Assembly (NCBI RefSeq): GCF_004010195.1
Contig: NC_057719.1
Coordinates: forward strand, 1,483,657-1,503,656
Reading direction: 5' to 3'
Source of the DNA: Chiloscyllium plagiosum
Taxonomy: Eukaryota
DNA length: 20,000 nt
Shown: positions 9,921 through 19,788 of the stretch, piece by piece
Layout: every line of letters begins with the position of its first letter
Position numbering within the stretch: the stretch's first letter is position 1
Translations under genes and position numbers: made by a program
The notes under the pieces: generated by a model
What the model was told of the DNA's origin: nothing
The model's input: the letters and a program-made list of their open reading frames with translations, nothing else
Database searches by the model: none

Positions 9921-11140
9921 GGTGTACAGAACAGAAACAGACTCTTTGGTCCAACTCGTCCACGCCGACCAGATATCCCAACCTAATCTAGTTCCATTTA
10001 CCAGCACTTGACCCATATCCCTCTAAACCCTTCCTATTCATATACCCATCCAGATGCCTTTTAAATGTTACAATTGTACCAGCCTCCACCACTTCCTCTG
10101 GTAGCTCATTCCATACACATACTACCCTCTGAGTGAAAAGGTTGCCCCTTAGATGTGTCTTATAATTTTCCCCTCTCACCTTAAACCTCTGCCCTCTCGT
10201 TCTGGACTCCCCCACCTCTGTCTATTTATCCTATCCATGCCCCTCATGATTTTATAAACCTCTATAGGGTCACCCCTCAGCCTCTGACGCTCCAGGAAAA
10301 ACAACCCCAGCCTGTTCAGCCTCTCCCTATAGCTCAAGTCTTCCAATCCTGGCAACATCCTTGTAAATCTTTTCTGAACCCTTTCAAGTTACACAATATC
10401 CTTCCGATAGGAAGGAGATCAGAATTGCACGCAATATTCTAAAAGTGGTCTAACCAATGTCCTGTACAGCCACAGCATGACCTCCCAACTCCTGTACTCA
10501 ATACTCTGACCAATAAAGGAAAGCATACTAAATGCCTTCTTCGCTATCCTTGGCCCATCTGATCAAGATCCCATTGTATTTTGGGGTGACTTTCTTCACT
10601 GTCCACTACACCTCCAATTTTGGTGTCATCTGCAAACATACTAACTATATCTCCTATGTTAATATCCAAATCATTTATATAAATGATTTGGATAAATAAT
10701 TAAAAGTAGTGGATCCAGCACTGATCCTTGTGGCACTCCACTGGTCACAGGCCTCCAGTCTGAAAAACAACCCTCCACCACCACCCTTTGAGCCAGTTTT
10801 GTATCCAAATGGCTAGTTCTCCCTGTATTCCTTGCTAATTAGTCTCTCATGGGGAACCTTGTCGAATGCCTTACTGAAGTCCATGTAGATCACATCTACC
10901 GCTCTGCCCTCATCAATCCTCTTTGCTGCATCTTCAAAAAACTCAATCAGGTTCCTGAGACATGATTTCTCATGCTCAAAGCCATGTTGACTATCCCTAA
11001 TCAGTCCTTGCTTTTCCAAATTTGTGTATATCCTGTCCCTCAGGATTCCCTCCAACAACATGCCCACCACTGACGTCAGGCTCACTAGTCTATAGTTCCC
11101 TGGCTTGTTACCGCCTTTCTGAAACAGTGGCACCACCTTA
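9921..11140 (-). mobile_element. CR1 LINE, 5'-truncated, with internal deletions (extreme 3' tail stranded at ~8175-8198)
   Basis: ORF2 RT pieces: PGNYRLVSLTSVVG...QHGF...VDVIYMDFSKAFDKVPH (10813-11140), LSYRERLNRLGLFFLE..RLRGD.IEVYKIMRG and TRGQRFKV...FTQRVVCVWNELPEEVVEA...FKRHLD. Confidence 0.93.
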
Positions 11141-11174
11141 CTGTTGAGGAAGGCAAACATCTGGTTTTGTTGCT

Positions 11175-11597
11175 GTGCTTGCTCAGTAATGCACACCCCG
11201 AAGTCGAAGGGTGTGGCTTCGAGTTCATTTTCAGAGACTTGAGCTCATAATCAAGTCTTATCCTCACAAGTGATACTGGTGGAGTATTGTACTGTTGGAA
11301 CTGTATCTTTTAGATGAAATGTTAAGTAGAAGCTGCATCTGTCCTGGAAGATGGGTGTACAATGTCCAGCAAAAGCATATCAAAGCAGCAGAGGAGAAAT
11401 CACCACCCACCCATGTCCTGACCAATATTTATCTCTTCCACTGATGCAACAGAGATCATCTAGCCTTCACCAATTTGCTGTTTGTGTATACTTACTGTGC
11501 ACAGTCTGAAACCTGTATTTCATAAGTTGTGTCTTGGCTGTGAAGTTTGGGGCAGCTTTAGGTCATGAAAGTTGCTATATAAATGAAAGTTTTTTTT
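11175..11597 (+). mobile_element. Old DeuSINE (SacSINE1/AmnSINE1-like)
   Basis: Deu-domain-like blocks gatactggtggagtattgtactgttgga...ttttagatgaaatgttaa, tgtcctgaccaatatttatctc and ttgctgtttgtg, plus 3' tail gtcatgaaagttgctatataaatgaaagt. Confidence 0.7.
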
Positions 11598-11692
11598 CCC
11601 TCTGGAAGTTTGTGTCTGCAGTCAGTGAACTTGAGTATGAGACCTTTGTCTAATGATCAAAAGATATGTTTTTCAAGACATTGTTTTCTCTT

Positions 11693-11990
11693 ATAGAGTC
11701 TGAGGTGTACAGCATGGAAACAGACACTTGTGTCCAACACATTCACGATATCCTAAATTAATCCGTTCCCCATTTGCCAGCGCTTGGCCCATATCCCTCT
11801 AAATCTTTCCTCTTCATATACCCATTCAGATGCCTTTTAAATGTTTTAATAGTACAACCTCTACCATCTCCTCTGGCAGCTCATTCCATAAGTGCACCAT
11901 CCTCTATCTGTGAAAATGTTGCCCCCTAGGTCCGTTTTAAATCTTTCCCCTCTCACCTTAAACCTGTGCCCTCTAATTTTCTACTTCCCT
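11693..11990 (-). mobile_element. CR1 3' end fragment (same family as 9921-11140)
   Basis: Colinear with 9921-10210: atagagtc..gaggtgtacagcatggaaacagac...cccatatccctctaaa...ctctcaccttaaacctgtgccctct. Confidence 0.88.
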
Positions 11991-12559
11991 GTCCTTGCCA
12001 GCTGTCCTGTCATCCTTTGTTGTGCACCTTTATCTCCAGCTGCCACTCATTCACATAACACTGCTGTCACCGTTATCTCTCATTTTTGGCAATATGTTAC
12101 TAACCAATAAGTAATGTGAACACTGGAGGCATTAAGCTTTCTGAGAACAGGAAGGGTCAGCCTTTGTGATCAGTGTTAACTCTTTATGGCTTTCAATAAT
12201 CCAGTTGGTAAGTACAAGCACTTCTGTTATCTTTATGATTGCTTACTGTTTACAGGAAATGGGAGTGAGAGAAACTTGTTAAATATTGTCTGTCATATCT
12301 CCCATGCCTGCATTTGTCTAAACACCAGAGAAGCAATAGGACTGAGCCTCTCCGCTATTGTTTTGGTGCCTCAGTTAGTTCAGATGGTGAAAGACTGAGG
12401 TTGTGTAATACTGAAAGCCTAGCTGTTTTGTTCAGTAACTTAGCCACTTTATGTCCTGAAGGGGAGAGACAAAATTTCAGTGTTTGTAGCGCTGTCTTTT
12501 GGAACATGGGTGAAGGAATATGTTCAGTTTTGCTCCGTGGCCTTATGGGTGCAAGCAGT

Positions 12560-12640
12560 GGTTGATGTGCTGAGCTTTACAGATTAGGAAATTCCGAGTT
12601 TGATTCCAAGCATGTGCTGAGTCAGCTGATCTTAATGACA
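12560..12640 (+). mobile_element. Possible ancient tRNA-derived SINE head remnant
   Basis: aggaaattccgagtttgattccaagcatgtgctgagtcagctgatctt has a degenerate B-box followed by tgtgctgagt.agctgatct. Confidence 0.3.
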
Positions 12641-13327
12641 TCTGACTTAGGGAGAAGAAAACTCATTTGCTAGTTCATGCTGTTGGAACATGTATTACTT
12701 GGAATTGCTTTGAATTTGCAGCACAGAAACAAGGGCATTTGCCTGACAGCTCAGTGAACTGCATGTTGCGATAGATACTTTGGTGATGAGGAAAAGCAGT
12801 GCAATCTTTGTAGAAAGATACTGAGGCTTAAAGAATGAAAAATGATTTTCTTTTCCTTTCTTGCTAATGTTTTGTGAGCACCTACTGCACAGAGATTTGG
12901 AACATCAATTTCAGTTCAAAGATTGCTCACGAGCTGTGTGAGGATGTCCTGGTTTTTTTTTCTGTATTAGTGTCATGTTGCAGGTTGATATTCAATAATA
13001 GAGGCTGTACTGTAGGATTCCACCTGCACTTTGAATTCATAAGTCCTCCTCTGGACTGAATGGTGGGAAGCTGATTCTGTGCAGCTCATGAAGCCTCTTG
13101 AGTACATCCAGGCTTGATGAGGTTGGCAATATGGATGGTAGTGAGCATGAATGGCAAACCTTTATTGAGTTTGCTTGTTCAAAGAATGAAGTACTCCAGA
13201 TTCAGCCTCGCAAACCCTCTCCATTAATATCATCATTGCACGTTGTTTCCTAATGGAAGAATGAACAATCTAGCCCAATCCAGAGAAGCTGGACAAGGCA
13301 AGTGCTGTATGGCTGTCTGTATAACAT

Positions 13328-13456
13328 GATACCTGAAGAAGGGCTTATGCCCGAAACGTCGATTCGCCTGTTCCCTGGATGCTGCCTGACCAGCTGCGCT
13401 TTTCCAGCAACACATTTTCAGCTCTGATCTCCAGCATCTGCAGACCTCACTTTCTC
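13328..13456 (+). mobile_element. Solo PLE pLTR mini-insertion (no ORF)
   Basis: Closely matches 15287-15414. Flanked by 11-bp direct repeat CTGTATAACAT at 13317-13327 and 13457-13467. Confidence 0.88.
13332..13362 (+). ncRNA. Minimal hammerhead ribozyme motif at the 5' edge of the solo pLTR
   Basis: C-CTGAAGA-A-GGGC-TTAT-GCCC-GAAA-CG-TC-GA. Confidence 0.75.
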
Positions 13457-13688
13457 CTGTATAACATTAAAGTCAGCATCTTCTTTTACCTCCTCTTTCC
13501 TGAGTACTCCCAAAGGAACCAAGCATCTGGAATCCTACCTTACAAAGTATTTACATCAGTATTTGGCCCCACAGTTCTACGTTGCATTTTTGATCGAAAC
13601 CTCTCTCCCATTTGTCTTCTCACTCCGTCAACAACTACTCTTGCTTGTAAGAGTTTAAACAGAGGTTGTCTGGCTGTTTGACTGTAAC

Positions 13689-15075
13689 CTCATCACCTCA
13701 GGGGATCTCCCATCCACCGCCTCCAACCTCATAGTCCCACAACCCCGCACCGCCCGTTTCTACCTCCTGCCCAAAATCCACAAACCTGACTGCCTCGGCC
13801 GACCCATTGTCTCAGCCTGCTCCTGCCCCACCAAACTCATCGCTGCATACCTCGACACGGTCCTGTCCCCCTTAGTCCAAGAACTCCCCACCTACGTTTG
13901 GGACACCACCCACGCCCTCCACCTCCTCCATGATTTTCACTTCCCCGGCCCCCAACGCCTTATCTTCACCATGGATATCCAGTCCCTGTACACCTCCATC
14001 TCCCATCACGAAGGCTTCAAGGCCCTCCGCTTCTTCCTTTCCCGCTGACCCAACCAATACCGTTCCACTGACACCCTCCTTAGACTGACTGAACTGGTCC
14101 TCACTCTGAACAACTTCTCTTTCCAATCCTCCCACTTCCTCCAAACCAAAGGAGTAGCCATGGGCACCTGCATGAGCCCCAGCTATGCCTGCCTCTTTGT
14201 CGGATATGTGGAACAGTCCATCTTCCGCAGCTACACTGGCACCACCCCCTACCTTTTCCTCCGCTACATCGATGACTGTATTGGCACTACCTTGTGCTCC
14301 CACGAGGAGGTTGAACAGTTCATCCACTTTACTAACACCTTCTACCCGACCTCAAATTTACCTGGACCGTCTCAGACTCCTCCCTCCCCTTCCTAGACCT
14401 CTCCATTTCGATCTCGGGCGACCGACTCAACATGGACATTTACTATAAACCGACCGACTCCCACAGCTACCTAGTCTACACCACCTCCCACCCTGCCCCC
14501 TGTAAAAATGCCATCCCGTGTTCCCAATTCCTTCGCCTCCGCCGAATCTGCTCCCAGGAGGACCAGTTCCAATACCGAACAACCCAGATGGCCTTCTTCT
14601 TCAAAGATCGTAATTTCCCCTCAGACGTGGTTGACGAAGCTCTCCACCGCATCTCCTCCACTTCCCGCTCCTCTGCCCTTGAGCCCCGTCTCTCCAATCG
14701 GCACCAGGACAGGACCCCACTGGTCCTCACCTACCACCCCACCAACTTCCAGATACACCGTATCATTCTTCGTCATTTCTGCCAGCTCCAAGTAGACCCC
14801 ATCACCAGGGATATATTTCCCTCCCCTCCCCTATCAGTGTTCCGGAAAGACCACTCCCTCCGCGACTCCGTCGTCAGGTCCACAACCCCCACCAACCCAA
14901 CCTCCACTCCTGGCACCTTCCCCTGCAACCGCAAGAAATGCAAAACTTGTGCCCACACCTCCCCCCTCACTTCCCTCCAAGGCCCCAAGGGATCCTTCCA
15001 TATCCGTCATAAATTCACCTGCACCTCCACACACATCATTTACTGTATCCGCTGCACCCAATGTGGTCTCCTCTA
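13689..15075 (+). pseudogene. PLE RT-linker-GIY-YIG ORF, disabled
   Basis: In-frame TGA at 14046-14048 and a 1-nt frameshift near 14345 between ORFs 14160..14396 and 14432..15262. The 3' part is lost in the N gap. Confidence 0.88.
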
Positions 15076-15198
15076 NNNNNNNNNNNNNNNNNNNNNNNNN
15101 NNNNNNNNNNNNNNNNNNNNNNNNNNNNNNNNNNNNNNNNNNNNNNNNNNNNNNNNNNNNNNNNNNNNNNNNNNNNNNNNNNNNNNNNNNNNNNNNNN
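15076..15198. other. N gap inside PLE endonuclease/3' region
   Basis: Run of N. Confidence 0.99.
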
Positions 15199-15284
15199 CC
15201 TTCCACCTATCGCATTCCCAACGCTCCTCCCCCAAGTCCCTCCTCCCTACCTTTTATCTTAGCCTGCTTGGCACACCCTCCTCA

Positions 15285-15317
15285 TTCCTGAAGAAGGGCT
15301 CATGCCCGAAACGTCAA
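15285..15317 (+). ncRNA. Minimal hammerhead ribozyme motif in 3' pLTR
   Basis: TTC-CTGAAGA-A-GGGC-TCAT-GCCC-GAAA-CG-TC-AA. Confidence 0.75.
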
Positions 15318-15432
15318 TTCTCTTGCTCCTTGGATGCTGCCTGACCTGCTGCGCTTTTCCAGCAACACATTTTTCAGCTCTGATCTCCAGCATTTGCAGT
15401 CCTCACTTTCTCCTGTTTGACTGTAGAGGCTA

Positions 15433-15517
15433 TCAGAGCTGAAAATGTGTTGCTGGAAAAGCGCAGCAGGTCAGGCAGCATCCAGGGAACAGGAGAATCG
15501 ACGTTTCGGGCATAAGC
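15433..15517 (-). mobile_element. Short inverted pLTR fragment, truncated inside hammerhead stem II
   Basis: Reverse complement of the 13342-13429 type sequence. CTATCA is repeated at 15430-15435 and 15518-15523. Confidence 0.82.
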
Positions 15518-16360
15518 CTATCACACCAGTTGAACCCTCATCAACGTCTACATGTGTTCAGTTTCTAAGAAAACTTGCTGTATGGTGATTAGAAACAAGG
15601 ACTCTACTCAAAAATCCCTCTTCCTGTCATCCACCTTGTAGGCAATAAAGCCAAATATTATCATCATCTTAGCTACCTCATGGAGAAATCAATTCACGGT
15701 CACACCTAAGGATCTCGGTGAGTATGCTCAGCAACGTAACTACTGAGGCACTTAAACAGTGAAGGTGGACAGTAATTATCTCTACTTTTATCACTGCTCA
15801 GTGAATTTCCTCTATGAAAATGTCTTAGTTCAGACGCTGTTGGCTTTGAGATATGGTGTTGTGATTGTGCTATTTCAAAAACCAGTACCAAAAGCAAATT
15901 CTCAACGTTCATGAAATGTAGGACTTTAACTCTTTTAGGTGGGTACAGGAGACTGGAAAACGAGGGAAGAAATGATGCTTCAGTTGTATGGAGCCTTAGC
16001 TGATTGCTGCTTTCAATTCTGAGCATTATAGTCGAGCAAGCTATTGGAGATGTGCATGAGTTGAAAAGGAGGAATCATGAGCAAAGATTCCTTAAGCTTG
16101 GCTTTCACTCCTTTGAATTTAGAAGGAATTGAGACATCATAGAGTCATTGAAATGTACAGTACGGAAACAGACCCTTCAGTCCAACTTGTCCATGCCGAC
16201 CAGATATCCCAACCTATTACTTGGCCATATTCCTCTAAACCCTTCCTATTCGTATTCCCATCTAGATGCCTTTTAAATATTGTAATTGTACCAGCCTCCA
16301 TCACATTCTCTGGCAGCTCATTCCATACACGCACACACTCTGTGTGAAAAAGCTACCTCT

Positions 16361-16726
16361 GCAGCACGGTGGCACAGTGGTTAGCACTGCTGCCTCGCAG
16401 CGCCAGAGACCCGGGTTCAATTCCCGCCTCAGGCGACTGACTGTGTGGAGTTTGCACGTNNNNNNNNNNNNNNNNNNNNNNNNNNNNNNNNNNNNNNNNN
16501 NNNNNNNNNNNNNNNNNNNNNNNNNNNNNNNNNNNNNNNNNNNNNNNNNNNNNNNNNNNNNNNNNNNNNNNNNNNNNNNNNNNNNNNNNNNNNNNNNNNN
16601 NNNNNNNNNNNNNNNNNNNNNNNNNNNNNNNNNNNNNNNNNNNNNNNNNNNNNNNNNNNNNNNNNGTGGACTTGTTGGGCCGAAGGGCCTGTTTCCACAC
16701 TGTAAGTAATCTAATCTAATCTAATC
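16361..16726 (+). mobile_element. tRNA-derived V-SINE (HE1-like)
   Basis: Pol III A-box TGGCACAGTGG (16370-16380), B-box GGTTCAATTCC (16414-16424), V-domain start tgtgtggagtttgcacgt, CR1-type tail gggccgaagggcctgtttccacactgta and (TAATC)4. CTCT at both junctions. Confidence 0.9.
16460..16665. other. N gap inside SINE
   Basis: Run of N. Confidence 0.99.
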
Positions 16727-17555
16727 TCTTGGGTCTTTTTTATATCTTTCTCCTCTCACCCTAAACCTATACCCTCTGGTTCTGGACTCTCCCACTCCAG
16801 GGAAAGGACCTTGTCTAATTATCCTATCAATTCCCCTCAGGATTTTATAAACTTCTGTAAGGTCATCCCTCAACCTCCGATGCTCCAAGGAAAACAGTCC
16901 CAGCCTGTTCAGCTTCTCCCGAGCAACATCCTTGTAAATCTTGTCTGAACCCTTTCAGGTTTCACAGCATCCATCTGATGGGAAGAAGACCAAAATTGCA
17001 CGCAATATTACAAAAGTGGCTTAACCAATGTCCTGTTCAGCTACGATATGACCTCCCAACTCCTGTACTCAATACACTGACCAATAAAGGAAAGCATACC
17101 AAATGCCTTTTTCACTCACTCATCTACCTGCGACTCCACTTTCAAGGAACTATGAAACTGCACTCCCAAGTTCAGCAACACTCCCCATGATCTTGCCATT
17201 AAGTGTATAAGTCCTATTCGGATTTGTTTTTCCAAAATGCAGCACCTCTCATTTATCTAAATTAAACTCCATCTGCGGCTTCACAGCCCATTGGCCCATC
17301 TGATCAAGATCCCGTTGTAATCTGAGGTAACCTTTGCTGTCCACTACACTTCCAAGTTTGGTGTCATCTGCAAACTTACTAATTGTACCTCCTATGTTCA
17401 CATCCAAATCATTTATATAATAGATGAGAAATAGTGGACTCAGCACGAATCCTTGTGGTACACCATTGGTCACAGGCCTCCAGTCTGAAAAACAACCCTC
17501 CACAACCAATCACTGATCAAATTTAAAATTCTAAAATGAGTTTGGAAAACTGGAG

Positions 17556-17636
17556 CTCTCCCTCTCCTGCTCGCTCGCTGTCCCCCTCTTGCTCGCTCGT
17601 GCTCTCTTTTGCTCTCTCTAGCGTGCTCTCTCTCTC
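17556..17636. repeat. Degenerate (CT)n/(CTCG)n microsatellite
   Basis: ctctccctctcctgctcgctcgctg...gctctctctctc read directly. Confidence 0.8.
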
Positions 17637-17759
17637 AAAAAAAGGCAATAGATGTTGAATGTCAGTTACATTTCAAGACAGAGATTAGGTTTTTCATTCG
17701 GGAAACTAACTCTGTACTCGATGGACCTGAGAGGGATAAGGGTGGTGGGGGTGGGGTGA

Positions 17760-18290
17760 AATCTGATTGAAAGTACTCAATACTGAGAGGCCTGGCTAAT
17801 GTGGACATGGAGAAGATATTTCCTCTAGTAGGAGAGACTAGGACTCAAGGGCACAGCCTCAGAGTGAAGAGACAACCTTTAGAACTGAGATGAGGAGGAA
17901 TTTCTTCAGCCAGTGGATGGTGAATCATAGAGGGCAATGGAGGCCAAGTCATTGAGTGTATTTTGACAGGTGTAGGTTCTTGATTTAGGGTCAAGAATGT
18001 GGTGTTGGAAAAGCACAGCATGTCAGGCAGCATCCGAGGAGCAGGAGAATCGATGTTTCAGGCATAAGCCATGATGAAGGGTTGCCTTCAGGATGCTGCC
18101 TGACTTGCTGTGCTTTTCCAGCACCACACTCTTGGCTCTGATCTCCAGCATTTGCAGTCCTCACCTGCTCCTGGATTCTTGATTTATGCAGGGGAGAAGC
18201 AAGGGTTACAGGGAGAAGACAGGAGAATGGGGTGGAGCAGACTTAATGGGCAGAATAGCCTAATTCTGCTCCTATGTCTATGGTCTTACA
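17760..18290 (+). mobile_element. Old CR1 3' portion, interrupted by a PLE foldback
   Basis: gagaagatatttcctctagtaggagagactaggactcaagggcacagcctcagagtg (FPLVGETRTQGHSLRV), ..gaggaggaatttcttcagccag.. and tail atgggcagaatagcctaattctgctcctatgtctatggtctta. Confidence 0.8.
17988..18175. mobile_element. Foldback mini-element made of two inverted PLE pLTR pieces
   Basis: Arms 17992-18035 and 18091-18134 are near reverse complements. 11-bp TSD TTCTTGATTTA at 17977-17987 and 18176-18186. Confidence 0.85.
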
Positions 18291-18699
18291 AAGGCTAGTA
18301 AATGGAGTCATGGAACGGGTAAAGCTTGATCTAATTGAATGGTGGAACAAGCTGGAAGGTTGCATGTCCTGCTCCTGTTCAATAAAAATGAAGATTACAG
18401 TATGTTGTGTCCTAGAATTGGAATGCAGTGCATACTGACAACTTGTTCTTATTTTTGAGAGAACGTGGCAAATATTGAGAAAGAAAGGACAGTTGGTTAC
18501 TGATTACCAAGCTTTATGTAGCCACATCATAATATTCACTGAATGTGCAACGATCACAGAATCCTTTCATCACTCTGTTTTCCTCGTCTCGTTTGTTGGC
18601 TTTCAAAAAATATGAAATAATGAGTTAATTTCTATCAAACAACCTTTTCACATCAGACTGAGTGGGATGCCTTCATTCCATGATAGAGTGCAAAGATTT

Positions 18700-19005
18700 T
18701 AGCGTGTAATCTGTGTACTGAGAGAACACTGCAGTGTTGAACATACCCCTTTTCAGGTGAAACATTAAACCAACACCTCATCTTTCTTCTCAGTTGATGT
18801 TGAAGACTTGACATGGCTATTTAAAGAAAATGAGATGGAAATTTGCACATCCTGACCAATAATTATCCATCTACTGAACAGACTATCTGATCATTATCAC
18901 GTTACTGTCTGTGATGCATTACAGTACATAAATTACTATGAGCTAGTTATGTTGCACTAAATTACAACTGTGCCGACTAAAGGAGTTATAAGTCTTCATT
19001 GCACC
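18700..19005 (+). mobile_element. Second, more decayed DeuSINE
   Basis: gtactgagagaacactgcagtgttg...ttttcaggtgaaacattaaacc...tcctgaccaataattatcc...cagactatctgatcattatcacgttactgtctgtg, colinear with 11270-11500. Confidence 0.65.
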
Positions 19006-19592
19006 ATACAACAGTCATCAAAAAACAACCTTTTGCTGGATTCTGATAGTAATCTGTACATTGTGATATGGCAGTGCTACATGCAGCATATAGTTGGGAA
19101 TGCAGTGCAGCACAGGGTAATACATAAGATACTTGCATCAAAAGCTAGATAGAAGTATAAAAAAGCACAAGTGAGTTTAGTTCCAATTTATCAGGCCTCC
19201 TCAGTTGCACAGCTGAACAATTGACTCATTGCCAGACAACCCACTGCTCACTGTAAAAGTTGACGTGGCTGTGGTGACGTTGAGTGTTCAAGAGTGGTTT
19301 GGAAATAAACAGAACCAGGGCTTCTCACAAATCTGTGTTGTAACCTGCCAGATTGAAAGCAATTTCTGTAGCTAGTATTGCTGTAAATGGAAGGAGAAGA
19401 TGGAGCACTTGCTGCAATCTTCACTTAACCCTTGATAGCTTTCCAAAACCAGAAAAGGGCCTGCTTTATTTTGTCCTCAGTTTTCTGTTCAGTCTCATTG
19501 CTGCTGGGTGAGCCTGGCCTGATTGATTGGGAAGTGGAGGGAAAAGAGTGATTTGTTAAAAGAAAGAGACTGATGTGCACAAATATGCATAA

Positions 19593-19788
19593 AGTCACAG
19601 AATGTTTACAGGGTGGAAGCAGACCATTCGTTCCATTGAGTCCACACTGATCCTCCGAAGAGCATCCCAAACAGACCCAGCCCCCTTACCCTATATAACC
19701 CCGCACCTACCATGGCCAATCCACCTCACCTGCATATCTTTGGACTGTGAGAGGAAAATGGAGCAGCTGGACGAAACCCATGCTGACA
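19593..19788 (-). mobile_element. V-SINE (HE1-like) 3' part
   Basis: ccaatccacctcacctgcatatctttggactgtgagaggaaaatggagcagctggacgaaacccatgctgac is the reverse complement of the V-domain. CR1-like tail at left. Confidence 0.75.

Larger units (their letters stand above)
13687..15412 (+). mobile_element. Penelope-like element, Neptune-type, 5'-truncated
   Basis: RT motifs FYLLPKIHKP..GRPIVS, FTMDIQSLYT, GVAMGT and LRYIDD, thumb IYYKPTDSHSYL, Cys linker FPCNRKKCKTC, GIY-YIG start IIYCIRCTQCGLL, and 3' pLTR. 13-bp TSD CTGTTTGACTGTA at 13674-13686 and 15413-15425. Confidence 0.95.
16131..17508 (-). mobile_element. CR1 LINE, 5'-truncated, interrupted by a SINE
   Basis: RT motifs GVPQGFVLSPLF...INDLD...ISKFADDTKL...LQRDLD (17249-17509), C-terminus VWNELPE...FKRHLD and CR1 3' UTR with catagagtca tail. 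Confidence 0.93.

Noticed and set aside
2095..15412. Bacterial RT system (retron, group II intron, DGR) or group I intron GIY-YIG homing endonuclease
   Set aside because: RT followed by GIY-YIG with pLTRs, hammerheads and TSDs, among CR1s and SINEs, is the eukaryotic Penelope architecture.
13328..15517. CRISPR-like or tandem array from recurring gcccgaaacgtc repeats
   Set aside because: Copies are dispersed, in mixed orientation and part of longer pLTRs. There is no repeat-spacer periodicity.
16361..16430. tRNA gene (A and B boxes)
   Set aside because: It continues into a V-domain and LINE-derived tail with (TAATC)n, so it is a SINE head, not a tRNA.
8167..16709. ORFs containing long X runs
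   Set aside because: Open only because they cross N gaps.
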